From IMG/VR virus record IMGVR_UViG_3300020043_004284, positions 1 to 35,862 of that record: 35,862 nt of DNA. One strand, 5' to 3'. A program made the position numbers and the translations under genes. Shown piece after piece: positions 8,771 through 17,553 of the stretch. The notes beneath the pieces are model-generated. The model had not been told where the DNA came from, searched no databases, and saw only the letters and a program-made list of their open reading frames with translations. The DNA comes from a virus (Duplodnaviria > Caudoviricetes). Position 1 is the first letter of the stretch. Every line of letters starts with the position of its first letter.

Positions 8771-8951
8771 GATACTTAATTGCCCTTCGCAGCGTAAAGA
8801 TTCTATTTTGGCATTTGTTCTTACGAGAGATCAGATGGACAAGTTTTACGACCTAAAGCCAAGAGAGCAGAAGCAGAGCGATTTAATGCGTTCTATATTG
8901 TTTGAATGGATGCAGAAGCGTGAAAAAGAACTTTCTTTAGAATGCGTATAA
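8763..8951 (+). CDS. Ribbon-helix-helix-like DNA-binding protein, paralog A
   Basis: Strand LAFVLT, helix, 'QSDLMRSIL'; 36 of 57 residues identical to 27763-27969. Confidence 0.7.
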   Translation: MPKILNCPSQRKDSILAFVLTRDQMDKFYDLKPREQKQSDLMRSILFEWMQKREKELSLECV

Positions 8952-8992
8952 CTATTCCACATACGCAATATTGCGTAATAACAAACAACACT

Positions 8993-9403
8993 ATGAAACG
9001 TAACATCTTCGCATTCATACTCTGCGCCATACTCTGCACTATATACTTCGAGGTGCATAGGCCATACAGAATGGCTACACACTTTCCGATCCCAGCGGTC
9101 TATAAGACAATCAAGGCAACGTATTATCAGCCATTAGAGGGCCAGTGCGATGCCAGTCCGCTGGAAACTGCAACTGGATACCATATCGACTTAAAGAAGT
9201 TGAAAAAAAAGCAGATCCGCATTCTGGCAGTATCCAGAGATTTGCTGAAAAAATATCCGTATCATTCGGAAATCTATATCCATCAGCCAGAGCATCTACG
9301 TGGATGCTGGAAGGTAGAAGATACGATGAACAAAAGGTTCAAGAACAAAATTGACCTGCTATCCTACGGTAGAATTGCAGTTGATTCAATAATGATTTTA
9401 TAA
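8993..9403 (+). CDS. Exported 3D-domain (double-psi barrel) cell-wall protein
   Basis: N-terminal hydrophobic helix; ATYY...TATG...LAVSRDLL...VEDT...IDL motifs. Confidence 0.8.
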   Translation: MKRNIFAFILCAILCTIYFEVHRPYRMATHFPIPAVYKTIKATYYQPLEGQCDASPLETATGYHIDLKKLKKKQIRILAVSRDLLKKYPYHSEIYIHQPEHLRGCWKVEDTMNKRFKNKIDLLSYGRIAVDSIMIL

Positions 9404-9405
9404 AA

Positions 9406-9630
9406 ATGAAAAAACAAACAGCAGTTGAGTGGCTGAAAGAAGCCATAGATAAGAAATTAAGCAGCGGAATTGGGCCATATTTTTTGGATTTATTTGAAAA
9501 TGCATTAGAAATGGAAAAGGACCAGATTGTATCAGCAATTGATGATTTTTCAGTAAACCAATGGGGTGAATTTCTTAATGGCGAAGAGTATTACAATGAA
9601 AATTATAATAAAAACAATGGAAAAAATTGA
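9406..9630 (+). CDS. Hypothetical protein (MKKQTAVEWL type)
   Basis: 74 aa; N-terminal motif recalled from Bacteroidota phages. Confidence 0.75.
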   Translation: MKKQTAVEWLKEAIDKKLSSGIGPYFLDLFENALEMEKDQIVSAIDDFSVNQWGEFLNGEEYYNENYNKNNGKN

Positions 9631-9988
9631 ATTGGTAGCTGGCCTTAACGAATCAGCACAGATTATATTTCAGAACAACAAAGAAAAAGGTTTCTGGGAT
9701 AAGAAAAGGAACGTGGGTGAAATGCTGATGCTGGTGGTGTCAGAACTGGGCGAAGCAATGGAAGCCCACCGGAAAGGGTTGATGACAACTGATGCAGATT
9801 GGTTGGAATATGGGCGCACTGGCGATTTCAAATCTACGCTTAAAGACAAATTCGAAGACGAGATTTCCGATGCTATCATTAGACTTCTGGATATGTCAGC
9901 AGGATTAGGAATTGATCTGGAAGCCCATATCAGTCATAAGGTTGCATACAATACAACAAGAGAAAAATTGCACGGTAAAGGGTATTGA
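9617..9988 (+). CDS. mazG: MazG-like nucleotide pyrophosphohydrolase
   Basis: SELGEAMEA...EDEISDAIIRLLD...K..YN..R motif. Confidence 0.88.
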   Translation: MEKIELVAGLNESAQIIFQNNKEKGFWDKKRNVGEMLMLVVSELGEAMEAHRKGLMTTDADWLEYGRTGDFKSTLKDKFEDEISDAIIRLLDMSAGLGIDLEAHISHKVAYNTTREKLHGKGY

Positions 9989-9990
9989 TT

Positions 9991-10206
9991 ATGAAAATAA
10001 CCAAGGAAAAAGCCGAAGAATTAATAATCCGATTCTGTAAATATTCCAAAGAAGATGACCACACCAGAGCCATAGATTCGGCAAAGATGTGCGCCAAGAT
10101 AGCCATTGAAGAAATACTGAATTACTCACGAGGCCACAACTGTAATGGCCTCACGGCATTCTGGGAGGAGGTTAATAAAGAGATTCAAGACTATCGAATT
10201 AATTAA
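9991..10206 (+). CDS. Hypothetical protein
   Basis: About 71 aa, 'KEKAEELI...AKMCAKIAIEEIL...FWEEV'. Confidence 0.7.
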   Translation: MKITKEKAEELIIRFCKYSKEDDHTRAIDSAKMCAKIAIEEILNYSRGHNCNGLTAFWEEVNKEIQDYRIN

Positions 10207-11075
10207 CGCATTCCAGCCTTACCTTCTTTTTTTGCAACTTCATACGCTGCATCGGTAATTGGGAAAATCGTATGTCGGCAGTTATAACCACCAGCATTCG
10301 TAAAGATTGTTACAGAGTTAGTGCCAGCCATACGGCCATCCCAGTTACCAAGCGATGCCCATTTTTGGACTTCTTCTTTGGTATATACTCGACCAGTCCG
10401 AGCTTTGCAAAACGGTCTTGAATCTTCAATTACTGTGCCTTGGTAGCGGTAATAATTAAAGCCTAAATCATCCGATATAGTCTGGATATATTCTCGATTA
10501 AAGCCCATCACAGCATCATTGGTAGCTTGCTTAATATATCGCTGAAGAAATGGCAACTCCTCTGGTGTTCCTTTGATAAACTTGGCTAAAGTCTTCTGGA
10601 GTTCTGTCCGGCTACCTACTCCAGATACATTGGCCTTTAGGACTTCTGTAATCGCATTGCCGAAGTTATCCCGAATGCCAGCACCTAATAAATTGGAAGT
10701 AGTTACATCGATATTTGCAGCCAGCAAGGCTTCATATAAGGCTTTCTTTGGCACGAATGGCGAATCGAGTATTAATCCTATATATTCGTTTGAAAGGTCA
10801 GCTAGTTCGTTAAATCCATCCGTAATTTTGGCAACTTCATTTTGGTATGTCGGATTGTTTACTATGGTATCAGCAATTTCCTGCTTCAACTTTATCATTT
10901 CTCGCAAGGTCTTAACCCGGTCTTTAGGGTCAAGACTTAGCTGGTTCGTTATATCAATGACCTTATTTGATAGTTCGCTGAATACTTTCGGAAGAGCCTT
11001 ATCCATTCCTGCCTCCATTGAAGTTTGCAGGTCTTGAATCTTGCGAATGACTTTGAGTTCCTTTTCTGATGGCAT
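10203..11075 (-). CDS. Minor head protein (SPP1 gp7/MuF-like C-terminal motif)
   Basis: DSRPFC...GGYNCRH motif; ATG 11075 follows a TACTTTTG element. Confidence 0.8.
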   Translation of the reverse strand: MPSEKELKVIRKIQDLQTSMEAGMDKALPKVFSELSNKVIDITNQLSLDPKDRVKTLREMIKLKQEIADTIVNNPTYQNEVAKITDGFNELADLSNEYIGLILDSPFVPKKALYEALLAANIDVTTSNLLGAGIRDNFGNAITEVLKANVSGVGSRTELQKTLAKFIKGTPEELPFLQRYIKQATNDAVMGFNREYIQTISDDLGFNYYRYQGTVIEDSRPFCKARTGRVYTKEEVQKWASLGNWDGRMAGTNSVTIFTNAGGYNCRHTIFPITDAAYEVAKKEGKAGMR

Positions 11076-11139
11076 TCCCAAAAGTAACGGATTTTTGTCA
11101 TTTTAGTGATATTTGTAATTTTCGTGCTAATTTTAAAGT

Positions 11140-11667
11140 ATGCTTTCAGCTTCAAATACACCAAGAAAAAATAAGTTCATTAAATATCAAAGAGCCATCC
11201 AGAGATACTTTATTTCCAAAGGGTATGGAGTAATGGAAACCACTAGCGAATCAGCACCATTTGATATTCTACTTAGCAAGTCATCAGATAAAGGGAATCT
11301 ATTATGTGGGATAGGAGAAATCAAATGCCGAGAACTGGCAGGCATCAACCCAGTTACAATCGAATACCTTTCAAAAAACGGTGGGTTATTAATCTGTAAT
11401 ACTAAAATGGAGAAAAACAAAACCTATTCTAAGGTTTTTGGATGCCCTTACTTCGTGATTAGCTACTTGCTCCAAGATGAATTGCTTTTAATCTGGAAAG
11501 TAACAGATGAATATGGCGATCAGCTTTTAAATTATGAAGTAAAAACTACTACAACCAAATTTGATTGCAATGGTGGCTCTAAAACGCAAGAAAATGCCTT
11601 CCTGCCAATGATTACACCACTATTGACTGAAAGGCATCTATCTATTGATCCAGATTTGTTCTTATAA
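11140..11667 (+). CDS. PD-(D/E)XK nuclease-like protein
   Basis: APFD...GEIKCR motif; antisense between the portal and minor head genes. Confidence 0.65.
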   Translation: MLSASNTPRKNKFIKYQRAIQRYFISKGYGVMETTSESAPFDILLSKSSDKGNLLCGIGEIKCRELAGINPVTIEYLSKNGGLLICNTKMEKNKTYSKVFGCPYFVISYLLQDELLLIWKVTDEYGDQLLNYEVKTTTTKFDCNGGSKTQENAFLPMITPLLTERHLSIDPDLFL

Positions 11668-13467
11668 ACCTGCTGGCATTATTGGAACAATACCAGCATT
11701 AATTTGAGCAGTTTTTTCAACTGCCATCTGCATTACATCGGCCCTCTGGTCTTTTAAATCCTTTTTGAACCACATTGGGTCAGATTCCGAAAGTATCATA
11801 ATAAATGATGCAAGGTTAGCCGATAGCACATAATCAACTTTGGCGCATCCGTTGGAACTCAGCAATACCGTTTTTTCATCAATGGTCTTATAAGGCAATG
11901 GGTCCAGTGCGGCCAATAGCTTCAAATAGATTTTCTGAGGTGAGTTTTCGCCATATAGTTTTTCAACGTAATCCATTTCGATGCCGTTGATTATTATCGG
12001 GCTAAAGTTGGAAGCCCTAGCCTTGGCCAACATATCGCCAATGATTTCAGAAGTCAAGACATCGAAGTCAGTCGGAACTGTAATTGATGGCAGCGCATTC
12101 TGGACTTTTTCTTCAGTCAGTAAAGCCGAGGCAAATAGTGAATTATAACGCTGGTAAAGTATATGATAGGAAGCCAAGCGATAAACGGCAGCCAGATGAA
12201 CGCAGACTGAATAGCAAAAGGTATTCAATTCTTTGCGGTCAAATTCTTTAGCGATTCCAGATTGGTTAGCTGGTATCTGGCCAAGGATCTCCAGACCGAT
12301 AGCCTTGAAGCCTTGAAACTCCTTATAAACGATATCTTCTTGGAATAACTTAACGGCATCCGTAGGCCGTTCAATATATCCAGCAGGTGGAATTGGCGGT
12401 ACAAGTGGCGTAGGATTAATTGCAGAGATGCGGTCAATGTTTACCTCCATCAAGCCAAACGGACTTGTAGAAGCCCTGCCAGAGCCTTTGCACTCGCCAC
12501 AACCTACTTTCTCGTTCTTGCTATTGCTACGCTCACCAGTTCCATTGCAGGTCTTGCAAGGGCTTAATTTCAATGCCCACTTCTGAGGCAATGCGTGAAC
12601 GGCATATAATACATTAAGATCATCAGTCCGATACAATACCTCATTCCAAGCTGGTAGGCAAGGCTCAAGAACTGAATCGTATAACAGATGGCCATCTTCT
12701 TCTTCATCAATTACATTACCAACCTTAATAACTGGTATGTGTTGAAACTGAAATGGAATAAAATATACTTTAAACGGATTGGCATCTTTGTACGGCCCTA
12801 TTTGACGAAATAAAACTAATCCTTCCGTAGTTATGGCAAGGAATTGCTGCCACTCTACTTTATTCTGGTCTTCCCACTCTTCAACCTCAACTAATACCCA
12901 ATTTTCACTTTCAAAAATTAAATCTTCAGATTCAAACATCTGAGGGTAAGGCTTTGTCCAGTCCAGTTCTGTTACTTGGTCTGGATTTTCAATAAAGTCT
13001 GATATTTTTGGCAGAATAGCTACAATTGCGTTAGCATCTTGTAGGTACATCTTCAAGAATACGTTAAAGGTCCACGTTTCCAAGTCTGGCACTAATGGCA
13101 TCAGATTCTTAACGTAGTATTCCAGCGTATTGACTTGGTTGCCTACCTTTTCAGCGATACCAGTTTTTTTGTAATCAGATTCCCATCTTATTTTAAAGTC
13201 ATCAGCCTGCTGGATCTTCTGCAAGAACTGGTAAACTCGGCCAGTGAAAACCTTTGATGGGCTTTGCCATCTGCGCTTTCGGTATTCTCGCATCCAGAGT
13301 TCTTCTGATGGATGCTGAACCCTTAAGAGTTCCTCGGGATACTCATTATCGAAATGATATTCCAGTACCTCGGCTTTTTCACGAGCTTCTTTAATGTATT
13401 CACATTTCCCATTGCGGATTTCTTCATCCAGCAAATGGTCTAATAGTATCCCGATTAACTCTTCCAT
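11662..13467 (-). CDS. Portal protein (probable) with a DnaJ-type zinc-finger insert
   Basis: 601 aa near the gp7-like gene; 'QSGIAK' portal-like motif; CKTCNGTG and CGECKGSG. Confidence 0.7.
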   Translation of the reverse strand: MEELIGILLDHLLDEEIRNGKCEYIKEAREKAEVLEYHFDNEYPEELLRVQHPSEELWMREYRKRRWQSPSKVFTGRVYQFLQKIQQADDFKIRWESDYKKTGIAEKVGNQVNTLEYYVKNLMPLVPDLETWTFNVFLKMYLQDANAIVAILPKISDFIENPDQVTELDWTKPYPQMFESEDLIFESENWVLVEVEEWEDQNKVEWQQFLAITTEGLVLFRQIGPYKDANPFKVYFIPFQFQHIPVIKVGNVIDEEEDGHLLYDSVLEPCLPAWNEVLYRTDDLNVLYAVHALPQKWALKLSPCKTCNGTGERSNSKNEKVGCGECKGSGRASTSPFGLMEVNIDRISAINPTPLVPPIPPAGYIERPTDAVKLFQEDIVYKEFQGFKAIGLEILGQIPANQSGIAKEFDRKELNTFCYSVCVHLAAVYRLASYHILYQRYNSLFASALLTEEKVQNALPSITVPTDFDVLTSEIIGDMLAKARASNFSPIIINGIEMDYVEKLYGENSPQKIYLKLLAALDPLPYKTIDEKTVLLSSNGCAKVDYVLSANLASFIMILSESDPMWFKKDLKDQRADVMQMAVEKTAQINAGIVPIMPAGL

Positions 13468-13474
13468 TTAATTA

Positions 13475-14344
13475 TTAGGCAGTAAGGGTAGCACAATGAG
13501 TGTAAGAACCAATGATGCAACCAGTTGCAGTCTTGGCAACTACATCAAAGGTAACAGTTCCAAGTCCAGTACCGGGATTCAAACTTAAAGTAGTTGTAAG
13601 ACCAGATGGAGTTACAATATCAATAAGTAATTTAGCTGGGTCGCTGATATTTTCAACAGACCAAACTGGATCACCAGAAACCAATGTAAGACCAGTAATG
13701 TTCAATGCAGCCGTAAATGGAACAATAACATCAACATCTAAAGCAGAAACAACAACACAAGCTGCGCCATCATCTGGAGTAACTTCGAAATATAACCCCT
13801 CTAAGAATGAATCTGTATCGAATTCGTAAGGCAATGGATTTGTTTTTGCAATCCAAGTTACAGCAACCTCAGCCTGCTGGTAGGTATTCAAATCAGCAGA
13901 AATAACTGGATCGCCAATCACGGTAACATACGCACCAGAGGCATCCCATATTCGAGATGGAGTAAAGAAATAGAAATCGTAATTCTGAGAGGTAGAAAGT
14001 ATATCGTTGTAGAACTGAACATTACTTTGAACCACACCCTGCATATCAACATAATTGACAGTATGGGTCTTGGCAAGGGCTTTAGTATTCTGCATACCTC
14101 GGCCAGTAGTTGTAGCAGTATCTGGCTTTGGCTTCTCGCCAGAAGTGTTAAAAACGATGAAAGCATTATCAGCGAGATAAGCCTCCAATAATGATTCCTT
14201 CCAAGCTGCTGCGGTGGTTTTATCTAAGGCTGGTGCAGACTTCTTAACGTAGGCAACTGCAACAATCTTATTTTGAAACTCTGGATCGCACTGGAAGTTT
14301 GTATAGCACCCAATATCTGGGCAAGTCAATGAGTAAGTAGACAT
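13475..14344 (-). CDS. Major tail (tube) protein (probable) with a C-terminal Ig-like domain
   Basis: 289 aa, beta-rich, T/V-rich C-terminal ~100 aa; no other tube candidate in the genome. Confidence 0.55.
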   Translation of the reverse strand: MSTYSLTCPDIGCYTNFQCDPEFQNKIVAVAYVKKSAPALDKTTAAAWKESLLEAYLADNAFIVFNTSGEKPKPDTATTTGRGMQNTKALAKTHTVNYVDMQGVVQSNVQFYNDILSTSQNYDFYFFTPSRIWDASGAYVTVIGDPVISADLNTYQQAEVAVTWIAKTNPLPYEFDTDSFLEGLYFEVTPDDGAACVVVSALDVDVIVPFTAALNITGLTLVSGDPVWSVENISDPAKLLIDIVTPSGLTTTLSLNPGTGLGTVTFDVVAKTATGCIIGSYTHCATLTA

Positions 14345-14357
14345 AGTATTTTTTTTA

Positions 14358-16565
14358 TTAACAATTTATGCAACTGTTATTAGTCGGCTGAAAGCCTTGA
14401 ACAAGTACCGAGAATTTCATTTGAGCCAAATCCTCAAAACTGCTCTGTGTTGTGAAATCTTGAATGGTGGCAACCTCAATATCTCCTTCAACAAATACAT
14501 TTTTTCCGTTCCAAACAAAATACGGATGTCGGGTGGCATCGGTCATCGCAAATTGAGTTGGTTCATCAAAAAAATCTGTATGCAAATCTAATGTTAAATC
14601 TTGTTTATTCTGCGGTCTTTTGAAAACTCCATTTGACTGCCGATAAGTGGCCTCAATAATCTTTGGCTTTGCACCGCCACCATTAAGACCTACTCGGATT
14701 CGCTGCCTCCAATTATCGTAATATTCAAAGCCCTGCGCTATTGAACTTGGGTTCCCGTAGAACTCTATAATTGTCGAAAAGCAATCCGAATTATCAATGC
14801 GAATCGGGTTAGATGTGGAATAGATTTCTAAGGCTGACTCTGATTGATTGTATAGCCCAAATTTGTATTCACCAGTTGGAACTGATGGAATGTCTGTTGA
14901 TGCTTGGAATTGGGTTGATATAGTTACTTCTAAACCACCAGATTTATATGGTATTTCTAAAAATATATTGACAATTTCTTGTGTATTATTATTTTTCATT
15001 AATAAAAAAACGTGAGGATCTAAAATACACTCTAAATCATTCGAAGTATATGTAATTTTAGCTTGACCAGTTTCAGTATCATAATTTTCTATCAATAAAG
15101 TATTATTTACATCATTAACAATATTTTGCAATGCGTTAAACCATTCGTAATATGTTCCATAATCTATTTCTAGTGGGCCAGTTTTGCTTAGAATTAAAGT
15201 ATCAGTAAGATGGTCTGGGCCATCGTAAATAAAAATACCATAGTCATATTCATAAGGAAAACTTGTTACATATGAACTTATTCCATTAATATATCCTGCA
15301 ATATATAAATCTAATCCTTCAAAAATTATTGGATAATTACAACAATAATTTGTAATTAAATTTTGAGTTCCAATTTCTTGAATGAAATTCTCATTGCAAT
15401 CAAATAACCCGATTTTTGCTTCTGAAATTCCAGTTGTATTACTGATTGATGGAATCACATTGAACTGAAAATGGTCAGCTGTCTTGGCTGGCATCGGATA
15501 ATATTCAACTGGGATAGCGCAGGCATCGAGAAAGCAAATCTGATCGAAGTCATACCATAAATTTTCGGGATCAGTTGAATAACCTTTTCCAAAAATTGGT
15601 GCATATGGCAATTGTGTTGTCGGAGAAGTAATCTCCATTACTGCCAAAATACTTATTGTATTACTTGTCCATCTGTTAAAAAATCTTTGCCATTTCCATT
15701 CAACATCAAATCTTCCAATTATGGCTAATGATTGTTTATTGGTATTGTTGAAAAATGTATATTGAACTCTAGGGTAAGTAGTCAAATCAAAATTTCCTAA
15801 AACTCCCCATCCATCTGGTAGAATCAAGTAAAGAATATAATTTTGTATATCTGATGCTGTTTTGCTCGGATCTAGTGCATAATCAAAAATTCTATTAATT
15901 ATCAACAGCATATACTTTTCATCCGCTGACATTGCAGGAACAGACAGACTCCAATAAGGAGATACCGGAACTGTAATTAACGGATATCGTTCACCAAATC
16001 CAGTCGCTTCATTGAACTTGCAATCTTGCAATCTGGCCACACTTGATGTCGCAATGCCAGTTGTTGAATCGTACTTATATTCTGGCGGAAAAAAGGCAGC
16101 ACCATTTTGATTCGCAATTTCTAAAGCCCTATATGCTGCTATTTCGGTTGTAAATAATGGCAGCGAGTAATCAGATGGATAGCTAATATTTGGGTTGTCT
16201 GTTACTGTTGTGGCCGTAATAACTCCATTTACGGTGGTTATATCAATCTGGAATATCTGCGTTGGATGCAGTGAATATAGTTGCTTGTCGGTTATGTAAT
16301 AGGCCCAGTTTTGCGTTCCAGATCCAACTGGTGGCAATGGACTTGGTGCAACTAAAATAAAGTTGAAATGATAAGGTGCTGCATTCCTTTCAATTATTAT
16401 ACTTCTAATTAATTGCAGGCCGAAAGACAATGATGCACCGACTGCAAATCCAGTTGATATATCAGCATTGAAATTATACAATGCATCAACAGTAGGAGTA
16501 AATGCTGGCTCAAATGCGGTATTCCAAGCGGAATTTTCGAATCTGTAAAATGGATTTGTAGTCAT
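14358..16565 (-). CDS. Tail/baseplate structural protein
   Basis: 735 aa, aromatic and beta-rich, within the tail operon. Confidence 0.6.
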   Translation of the reverse strand: MTTNPFYRFENSAWNTAFEPAFTPTVDALYNFNADISTGFAVGASLSFGLQLIRSIIIERNAAPYHFNFILVAPSPLPPVGSGTQNWAYYITDKQLYSLHPTQIFQIDITTVNGVITATTVTDNPNISYPSDYSLPLFTTEIAAYRALEIANQNGAAFFPPEYKYDSTTGIATSSVARLQDCKFNEATGFGERYPLITVPVSPYWSLSVPAMSADEKYMLLIINRIFDYALDPSKTASDIQNYILYLILPDGWGVLGNFDLTTYPRVQYTFFNNTNKQSLAIIGRFDVEWKWQRFFNRWTSNTISILAVMEITSPTTQLPYAPIFGKGYSTDPENLWYDFDQICFLDACAIPVEYYPMPAKTADHFQFNVIPSISNTTGISEAKIGLFDCNENFIQEIGTQNLITNYCCNYPIIFEGLDLYIAGYINGISSYVTSFPYEYDYGIFIYDGPDHLTDTLILSKTGPLEIDYGTYYEWFNALQNIVNDVNNTLLIENYDTETGQAKITYTSNDLECILDPHVFLLMKNNNTQEIVNIFLEIPYKSGGLEVTISTQFQASTDIPSVPTGEYKFGLYNQSESALEIYSTSNPIRIDNSDCFSTIIEFYGNPSSIAQGFEYYDNWRQRIRVGLNGGGAKPKIIEATYRQSNGVFKRPQNKQDLTLDLHTDFFDEPTQFAMTDATRHPYFVWNGKNVFVEGDIEVATIQDFTTQSSFEDLAQMKFSVLVQGFQPTNNSCINC

Positions 16566-16768
16566 TAGAATTCTATATCTGGCTTTGGAATGTAATCAAT
16601 CAAAGGTAATTCTTTCACCCATCCAATCGAGCATTGATCAACTTCTTCTTGTGAAATTATCCAATTATCATTGATGTCTTGAATCGGGTTGAAATAACAG
16701 TCTGGAATAAATGCTACACCTTGCAATGAAGTAGCTTCTTCTGGTGTTAATAAATAGACTTGTATCAT
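16565..16768 (-). CDS. Small acidic protein coupled to the fibre genes
   Basis: 67 aa, 1-nt overlaps on both sides. Confidence 0.75.
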   Translation of the reverse strand: MIQVYLLTPEEATSLQGVAFIPDCYFNPIQDINDNWIISQEEVDQCSIGWVKELPLIDYIPKPDIEF

Positions 16769-17553
16769 TATACGTTACGACCTAAAGTTGATTGAAAGTT
16801 ATTTACTAAAGTTGTTAATGTTCCTGCATCTGTATTGGTTAGCGCAGCTGCACCAGCTATAAATGCAAATGCAATTTGATGGTTAGTCCATAAACCAGCT
16901 ACACCATCTGCATTTCTTGCACCAAAATAAAATTCAACATTTGGAAGGGCTGTAATGGTTGTAGTATTAGTTCCAAGACTTGTTCCATCTCTGTAACCTT
17001 GCACCAAATTAGCAGCATCTCGCCTTGCCATTATGAATCTGGTTGATGGTGCTGCTGTGTATGATAATAATGATGCACTTGAACCGACTATAAAATTTGC
17101 TGCCGAAAGGTTATTTTGCGCAAATAATACCGTGCTATTGTTATAACTTCCATACACTTGCGTTGGTGTAGTGTTTGCGGTTCTGGAATAAATACCAAAT
17201 GAAAACCTTGTTATTGCACCAGTAATTGATGGTGTTAAAAATGTTCTTGCAAATGTATTTGCTCCATTTGGTTGCGCTCCATTAGTTGAATGAACCCAAC
17301 CGCCAGAAAAGAATAACCTAAATGCAGCATCAGTATTCAAAGGATTTTTGAGGTTATAAACGTGGCTTGTTGCAGTTCCCCCCACCATTGGATAAATAGC
17401 GTTGATCTTAGTCCATAGCGATGCAGACTTCAATCCGATTACTAAGTTATTAATCGCAGTTCTCTGCGTTAAATCGGTTATTGCAGCTGCCGTTATAAAT
17501 GCTTGCGCATCGGTATCGTAAACAATTCCAAATGCGTATGGGTTGATTATCAT
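16768..17553 (-). CDS. Receptor-binding/lectin-like (LamG-like) tail protein
   Basis: 261 aa, A/T/N/G-rich beta-sandwich pattern. Confidence 0.55.
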   Translation of the reverse strand: MIINPYAFGIVYDTDAQAFITAAAITDLTQRTAINNLVIGLKSASLWTKINAIYPMVGGTATSHVYNLKNPLNTDAAFRLFFSGGWVHSTNGAQPNGANTFARTFLTPSITGAITRFSFGIYSRTANTTPTQVYGSYNNSTVLFAQNNLSAANFIVGSSASLLSYTAAPSTRFIMARRDAANLVQGYRDGTSLGTNTTTITALPNVEFYFGARNADGVAGLWTNHQIAFAFIAGAAALTNTDAGTLTTLVNNFQSTLGRNV

